Positions 59,501 through 64,000 of a stretch of DNA of 64,000 nt are shown one piece after another. The DNA is from Patescibacteria group bacterium (lineage in GTDB: Bacteria > Patescibacteriota > Microgenomatia > 2-02-FULL-39-11), in the NCBI GenBank assembly GCA_023379265.1, contig JAMCUI010000007.1, positions 14,780 to 78,779 on the forward strand, given 5' to 3'. The notes under the pieces were generated by a model. The model searched no databases. It was given only the letters and a program-made list of their open reading frames with translations, and was not told the DNA's origin. A program made the translations under genes and the position numbers. How positions within the stretch are numbered: position 1 is the first letter of the stretch; every line of letters starts with the position of its first letter.

Positions 59501-60843
59501 GTTGTCGTCCCTATCACCTGCAATTCACCACGGGCAAGGGATGGTTTAAGAATATTTGACGCGTCCATGGTTCCTTCACCACCAGAACCCGCTCCCACCA
59601 TATTATGCAACTCATCAATAAAGAGAATAATTGCTCCACTTGCGGCCTTGACTTCTTTAATAAGGTTTTTCAACCTCTCTTCAAACTCCCCCCTATGCTT
59701 TGCTCCGGCGATAAGAGACATCAAGTCAAGCAATAACACTCTTTTATGAAGAAGGGTTTCCGGAACATCTCCATGAGCAATGCGAAGAGCCAAACCCTCT
59801 ACAATTGCAGTCTTACCCACGCCCGCATCTCCGATTAACACAGGATTATTTTTAGTTCTTCGTGAGAGTATGTGAATGATACGTTCAATCTCAGTACTTC
59901 GGCCAACCACCGGATCAAGCTGTCCCTGGGCTGCTTTAGCGGTTAAGTCTTCAGTGTATTCCTCAAGGGCAGAACTGGTCTTTTTCTCCTCTTCTTTCTC
60001 TAATTCTTTCTTTCCTGTTATCTTTTTATTCAACACCTCAGGCTTCAAATTGTATTTAACTAAAGTTCTTGCAGCTAGGCCTTCCCCTTCATGCGAAAGA
60101 GCCAATAATATATGCTCTGGAGAAACAAACTCGTACCCTAAAGATCTTGCAGCAGACAACGACAACTCAAGCACCCGCTTCACTCGGGGGGAAAACTGCG
60201 GTTGCCCGGAAAAATTGCCTTGTTTGAAACTTTTCTCCAATTCCGTTTGTATCTCTGATGGAGTAGCCTTACATTCGGAAATAATCTGGTAAATACTGCT
60301 ATCTCGAAGAAGCCCCCAAAGCACATGTTCTGTATCTATGTACTGGATTTTCAACTCTTTTGCTTTTCCCACAGCACTCATTAGAGCAGTATTCGCTCTT
60401 TGGGTAAGTCGAGAAAGAACGTCCATTCCAGCTCTCTTTTTCATATCTATATTCGTCTGACCATCACTTGAAGTGTCTTTTTTTTGTGGGGTATTTTTAT
60501 CTTTTTGCTGTTGTTCTGTCTTTCCTTTTGATTGGTCTGGTTTTTGAGAAACACTATTCTGCTGCTGTCCGACAACAGGCGGCTTGCCTATTCCAGAAAA
60601 AGCTTTACCACCAGGAGGATTACCAATTCCCGAATAACTTGTGCCTGATGGGGAATTACCTATCCCTGAATAAGAAGTGTTTGTATCTTGCACGGTATCC
60701 GAAGCCGCTTGGGTTGAGTTTTTTGTAATGGTAACTACCCGTTGGTCTACATCTTGACCACCCGTAGCATCATTTTGCTGACTCTTGCCACCTGAAGCGT
60801 CTTTTTTCAAGTATCTGCTGAAATTAAAAAGTCCTGCGGGCAT
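56512..60843 (-). CDS. ClpC-type AAA+ ATPase with a large insertion in D2 and N/C-terminal extensions
   Basis: Double Clp-N repeats; D1 [14 protein letters not shown]; short middle coiled coil; D2 [18 protein letters not shown]; ~350-aa insert before FRPELLNR; GARPLRR; C-terminal CxxC...CxxC. Confidence 0.92.
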   Translation of the reverse strand: MPAGLFNFSRYLKKDASGGKSQQNDATGGQDVDQRVVTITKNSTQAASDTVQDTNTSYSGIGNSPSGTSYSGIGNPPGGKAFSGIGKPPVVGQQQNSVSQKPDQSKGKTEQQQKDKNTPQKKDTSSDGQTNIDMKKRAGMDVLSRLTQRANTALMSAVGKAKELKIQYIDTEHVLWGLLRDSSIYQIISECKATPSEIQTELEKSFKQGNFSGQPQFSPRVKRVLELSLSAARSLGYEFVSPEHILLALSHEGEGLAARTLVKYNLKPEVLNKKITGKKELEKEEEKKTSSALEEYTEDLTAKAAQGQLDPVVGRSTEIERIIHILSRRTKNNPVLIGDAGVGKTAIVEGLALRIAHGDVPETLLHKRVLLLDLMSLIAGAKHRGEFEERLKNLIKEVKAASGAIILFIDELHNMVGAGSGGEGTMDASNILKPSLARGELQVIGTTTVTEYRKYVEKDPALERRFQPVYVLEPTADVAVEMLSALRDKYEAFHRVKISDEALDAAVKLSQRYIGDRFLPDKAVDLIDEAAASVRLPAISLPEEIKKGEDKLKKLDSEAKEAEKLGDEVHLQTIKKDIQELEQAQTELKEQYQVKKSTTTNIVGPDIIADIVSRWTNIPISRLTESESTKLMSLEDIIHKRLIDQEDAVLAVAEAVRRGRAGLKSNKRPIGSFIFMGPTGVGKTELAKALAEILFGSEEMIVRLDMTEYMEKHEVAKLIGAPPGYVGYEEGGQLTEAVRRRPYSVVLFDEIEKAHPDVFNILIQLLDDGRLTDNKGHTISFKNTIVICTSNLGSGIIQDEMLGWSDKSKNNEESHETKEKEIFSTYTISPTGRELVSFKGKLWEKEGSDKFWTVSSLLDYFAGSTVTEGEKDFPQDGIDTHLIAPDGSEIITFDDRLWQRTSTTTKEWTQKSLLDYVKGGVVVNALPDRPQEQLPTARIDTHAVSPTNTEVVSFGDRFWLRENLQTTDWTTGTLAEYFTGCTLKGADVVSIGKTPEGKEKTDGSDISGGDIKTDELKTVNNKTDNGGTNQVEVNTSEKRIDNAQQSEDKTGVEINPKDEEKIEFPIEKWDQHVFKPTGEELIVAVGRYFQRANTDSTEWISGKMVKLFSTVEAQTKKPEDIIPLGLENKDEEKSDSGEDEMFARLADRLMEELRKFFRPELLNRFDEVVVFRPLTRKHMVEIVGLQVKALSKLLEEQDIAIDISHDAKTYLAEVGYDPVFGARPLRRTMQRLIENEISSLLIKRELAAGDTVMVDYDGQQLAFNVKKMELKKPAVVDDKTKNPQVEEVPGGNKPQEDSKSYQCLNCSNIWQRKTDDASPLSCPKCASELVKEMEQKPSGTSVEAAGQKDKPNTGNPETQVKDFSMQEVSSEEGKDKTVSVSPQENNSPVQEAQSQNPLSDYFQQNTSLDQSQSPAADTGPVLPTEDTGVKEGAADSKTSASTT
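60572..60680 (-). repeat. Three 12-aa repeats in the ClpC N-terminal extension
   Basis: [12 protein letters not shown] / [12 protein letters not shown] / [12 protein letters not shown]. Confidence 0.8.
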
Positions 60844-61024
60844 AAATTATTTCGGAATGCAATTATAATTTTCAGTCATATGCTCCATAAATTGCCTACC
60901 ATTTACCATAGATTTCCTAGAGCAAAAATTCTAGAACACAGTTCTAGTTAAACATGGCTGATAAAATCTGTCAATACTAAATAAAATGGGTAAAAAAAAC
61001 TTTTCACGGAAAATTAATCTATTT

Positions 61025-61041
61025 AGGTCATAATATGACCT
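61025..61041. promoter_or_regulatory. Perfect palindrome, candidate operator between the divergent clpC-like and prgI-like genes
   Basis: AGGTCATA-A-TATGACCT. Confidence 0.45.
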
Positions 61042-61140
61042 GGAAAGCCTTACTTGCAAGATAATTTTTCACATTTTACGCTAGAAACAGTTATTGTTTT
61101 GTAGTCCGTATAAGAATTGTACACTAACTGACAACGACTT

Positions 61141-62634
61141 ATGGAACAACATCCAGTCCCAAGAAATATTAGCGGTTTCCAGTTCCACCTTATCGGAGAT
61201 ATGACGCTGCGCCAATTTGGTTATTTAGCTGTAGGAATTGGAGGAGCTTATTTCATTTTTAAGCTTGCGCCGTTCCCGTCTATAATCAGTTTTCCGCTTG
61301 CGGGAATAGTAGGATTGGCAGGTTTTGCTTTTGCCTTTTTACCGATTCAGGAAAGACCTTTGGATAAATGGTTAGTAGCGTTTATAAAAAGCGTCACTTC
61401 TCCCACGCAATATTTATGGATAAAAAACAACCCTCCACCTGATGTACTAACAAGACCAATTGTAATTGGACAACGGGTGATATCACAATCAACACCCCAT
61501 ATAGTTGCGCATAGAGAAGCGCAACAAAAATTAGCTTCATATCTAGCATCGCTTCCTCAATCACCCCATGAAACCTTAAATCTAAGGGAGAAAAAATATA
61601 TCAACTCCACGCTGTCACTTTTTCAAACATCGGGTGTATATATAGGAAACAACCCGACAACATATGTCGCCTCAAAACCGTCTTACGCACAACATGTCGA
61701 GCCCTTAAGATATACCCCTCTTTCCAAACAATCCACACCCATTAACGCTTCTTTTACCAGCCATGTAGTAAAATCGCCACAAACCGATGCAGCGACTCAA
61801 CCTAAATCTGATAAAGTTGCTGCGGGTTTTAAGCAAATAACTATAAGCCAACCGTCAAACATAAAGTCAAATACACAAATAACCTCTACACCTACTATTC
61901 ACGACGCGCCAACACAGCAAGCAACTGAAAAAAATGCTACGCAAAAAAATGTCCAGCAGCAGACTAAAAAACCTGCTATTTTGCCTTCAAACCTAAAACC
62001 AATAACACAATCAATAAACCCACCCACTTCGCAAAAATCAATCGCCCAAGCTGATAAGGTTAAAGATCAAAATATTCCAGAAACTCAAAACGAAACAAAT
62101 AGCCTCCAAAAACAACTAACAGACTTGGCCGCGGAAAAAAAGAGGCTTGAAGACGAATTGAACAAACTTAAAAATGAAAGAGTGAATTTGGAAAAACCAG
62201 AGATTGTAAAACCTGTTGCCATGGAGGAAAAACCCTCAAAAGAACCAACGATAAAAACTATACCAGCAAAATCTGTTGCTTTAGAAATGGGCATTACAAA
62301 TATAAACCAAAACCCCAATATTATTGCGGGTGTTTTTAAGGATCCTCAACATAAAATTTTACCAAACATTATTCTCACAATAAAAGATAAAAACAATAAC
62401 CCCTTAAGAGCAATGAAAACTAACAAACTTGGTCAATTTGCTACTGCCACACCTTTACCAAATGGGGTATATCTACTAGAAGCCGAAGATCCGCTGAAAA
62501 GGTATGTCTTTGATATTGCCGAAATCACGCTTGCCGGTAAAGTATTTTCTCCAGTAGAAATAATAGCCAAAGGTGAAAAAGAACTTATGAGGGAAAAACT
62601 TAACAAAGCGGTTTTTGGCAATGCTACAATATAG
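61141..62634 (+). CDS. PrgI-family protein with low-complexity linker, coiled coil and C-terminal carboxypeptidase-regulatory-like domain
   Basis: QHPVP.NI..FQF.LIGDMTLRQF, 2 TMs, QERPLDKW; C-terminal G...D....LP.....IKD.....RAMKTNKLGQF. Confidence 0.82.
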   Translation: MEQHPVPRNISGFQFHLIGDMTLRQFGYLAVGIGGAYFIFKLAPFPSIISFPLAGIVGLAGFAFAFLPIQERPLDKWLVAFIKSVTSPTQYLWIKNNPPPDVLTRPIVIGQRVISQSTPHIVAHREAQQKLASYLASLPQSPHETLNLREKKYINSTLSLFQTSGVYIGNNPTTYVASKPSYAQHVEPLRYTPLSKQSTPINASFTSHVVKSPQTDAATQPKSDKVAAGFKQITISQPSNIKSNTQITSTPTIHDAPTQQATEKNATQKNVQQQTKKPAILPSNLKPITQSINPPTSQKSIAQADKVKDQNIPETQNETNSLQKQLTDLAAEKKRLEDELNKLKNERVNLEKPEIVKPVAMEEKPSKEPTIKTIPAKSVALEMGITNINQNPNIIAGVFKDPQHKILPNIILTIKDKNNNPLRAMKTNKLGQFATATPLPNGVYLLEAEDPLKRYVFDIAEITLAGKVFSPVEIIAKGEKELMREKLNKAVFGNATI

Positions 62635-62668
62635 TAGTAAGTGAATTTAATAAGGCTTAATTTATTAT

Positions 62669-63349
62669 ATGTCACAACCGACATCCGCCCCCATAAGGGC
62701 AACAACTCAAGAATTTTTAGATATTGAAGATATTAAGGAGGATATTATTATTCTTCGGGATGGTTCAGCCGCCCTGGTTATAGAAACAACTGCGGTAAAT
62801 TTTGGCCTTTTATCTGAAGAGGAACAAGACGCTCTAATTTATGCTTACGCTTCACTAATTAACTCCCTTTCATTTTCTCTCCAAGTAGCCATCTTATCCA
62901 AACGGATGGACATTTCCTCATATATCGAAACTATCACCCAGGAAGAAGAAAAACAGAATAATCCTGTTGTGAGAAGCCGTTTACACACCTATAAGGAATT
63001 TATTATGTCTATTGTAAAAGAAAATCGGGTTTTGGAAAAGAAGTTTTATCTAGCAATTCCTTTCTCAGCGTTAGAATTGGGGGTAAAAGGAGCTGTTGGT
63101 GGAAATAAAAAAAGATTGCCATTTTCCATAGATTATATAGTTTCAAGAGCTAAAACATCGCTTTTACCCAAACGAGACCATCTTTTAAGACAGTTAGGAA
63201 GAATCGGATTAAAAGGCAGACAACTACCAACGCAGGAATTGGTAGAAATTTTTTATAACATTTACAATCCCACATTGACCGGTGAAAAGCTCGGTGAAAT
63301 CGCGGGATACACCAAACCTTTAGTCGAAGGGTTAGGAAAGAACCTATGA
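62669..63349 (+). CDS. TraC/VirB4-accessory-like protein of the CPR T4SS-like cluster
   Basis: TQEFLDIEDI...IIILRDG...AVNFGLLSEEEQDA.I..Y..LINSL pattern; located between prgI and virB4. Confidence 0.7.
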   Translation: MSQPTSAPIRATTQEFLDIEDIKEDIIILRDGSAALVIETTAVNFGLLSEEEQDALIYAYASLINSLSFSLQVAILSKRMDISSYIETITQEEEKQNNPVVRSRLHTYKEFIMSIVKENRVLEKKFYLAIPFSALELGVKGAVGGNKKRLPFSIDYIVSRAKTSLLPKRDHLLRQLGRIGLKGRQLPTQELVEIFYNIYNPTLTGEKLGEIAGYTKPLVEGLGKNL

Positions 63350-64000
63350 CATTCTCGTTATTTGCTAAAAAAAATAATGTGGCTAATCAAAATCAAATCC
63401 CAATTCCTCAACAGACTACACAAACAACTGGATTTGCTAAAACTGCAGTAGCTACCCAAAATATAAAAAACATAAGCGCAGAAAGCAAAGTCGCCGCCTC
63501 CGCTTATATTCCATCAACAAAACTTGCAACACAAACTCAAAAATTAGCCCAAGGCATGGTAACCGTGAAAGACATCATTGCTCCTTCGCTTGTTGAAGTT
63601 GATTTCGACCATGTACGAGTAAATAACAGTTACTACAGAACTCTTTTTGTAGCAGGTTATCCGAGATTTGTATCAGCAAACTGGCTGCACCCACTTCTCT
63701 CTTTTGACCATTCTCTTTTTATATCCATGTATATTTACCCCACTGAGTCAAAAGTGATTTTGGAAGACCTCAAAAGAAAAATTGCGGAAATGGAAGCGAC
63801 TATTCAAGCTGACATGAAAAGAGGAAAAGTTGTAGATCCGTCAGTCCAAGTGGCTCTTGATGACGCACTCGCTCTCCAAGCACAATTGGCAAAAGGAGCG
63901 GAAAGATTTTTCCAATTTAGTCTGTACATTACCATTCCCTCTGAATCTGTTGAGGAATTAAACCGGATATCAAAAGAGGTAGAATCAACCATTGGTTCAC
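63346..64000 (+). CDS. VirB4/ConE-like ATPase, N-terminal part (runs off the window; absent from the ORF track)
   Basis: ATG at 63346 overlaps the upstream stop; open to the end: VKDIIAPS..EVDFD....NNSYYRTLFVAGYPRFVSANWL...GAERFFQFSLYI. Confidence 0.8.
   Translation, partial: MTFSLFAKKNNVANQNQIPIPQQTTQTTGFAKTAVATQNIKNISAESKVAASAYIPSTKLATQTQKLAQGMVTVKDIIAPSLVEVDFDHVRVNNSYYRTLFVAGYPRFVSANWLHPLLSFDHSLFISMYIYPTESKVILEDLKRKIAEMEATIQADMKRGKVVDPSVQVALDDALALQAQLAKGAERFFQFSLYITIPSESVEELNRISKEVESTIGS

Noticed and set aside
60844-61140. CIRCE/HrcA heat-shock operator upstream of the clp gene
   Set aside because: No TTAGCACTC-N9-GAGTGCTAA match.
61141-64000. Conjugative element (ICE or plasmid)
   Set aside because: No relaxase, att sites or adjacent integrase in the window; similar PrgI/VirB4 clusters are commonly chromosomal in CPR. 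It cannot be fully excluded beyond the window edge.

Overview
AT-rich chromosomal segment of what is most likely a Patescibacteria/CPR genome, probably Microgenomates. This is inferred from DUF5667, DUF4012, CvpA-CAP, tandem PBP1A, PrgI/TraC/VirB4 and VirD4-like genes, an archaeal-type Cmk and many apparently leaderless genes. The left end carries three tRNAs for AUN codons: an atypical initiator-like tRNA(CAT), an elongator-type tRNA(CAT) whose 3' end is amplified into a perfect 39-bp tandem array, and a rare tRNA-Ile(TAT). Three regulated salvage modules follow: (1) nrdR-nrdJ-pduO, then a cobalamin riboswitch, terminator, 828-aa orphan and DUF4430/DUF6580 putative B12-uptake genes; (2) a purine operon (NDT-like, deaminase, guaB, guaA) behind a leader ORF containing a terminator; (3) TPP riboswitch-cytX-thiE-thiM-thiL-thiD. 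The middle holds housekeeping and envelope genes. The right end has large orphan helical proteins, including a ~1600-aa hierarchical repeat protein. These sit beside an unusual ClpC-type AAA+ ATPase with four hemopexin-like repeats inserted at the ClpP-docking-loop position, transcribed divergently from a PrgI-TraC-VirB4 T4SS-like operon. All family calls are from motif recognition by eye; no searches were run.
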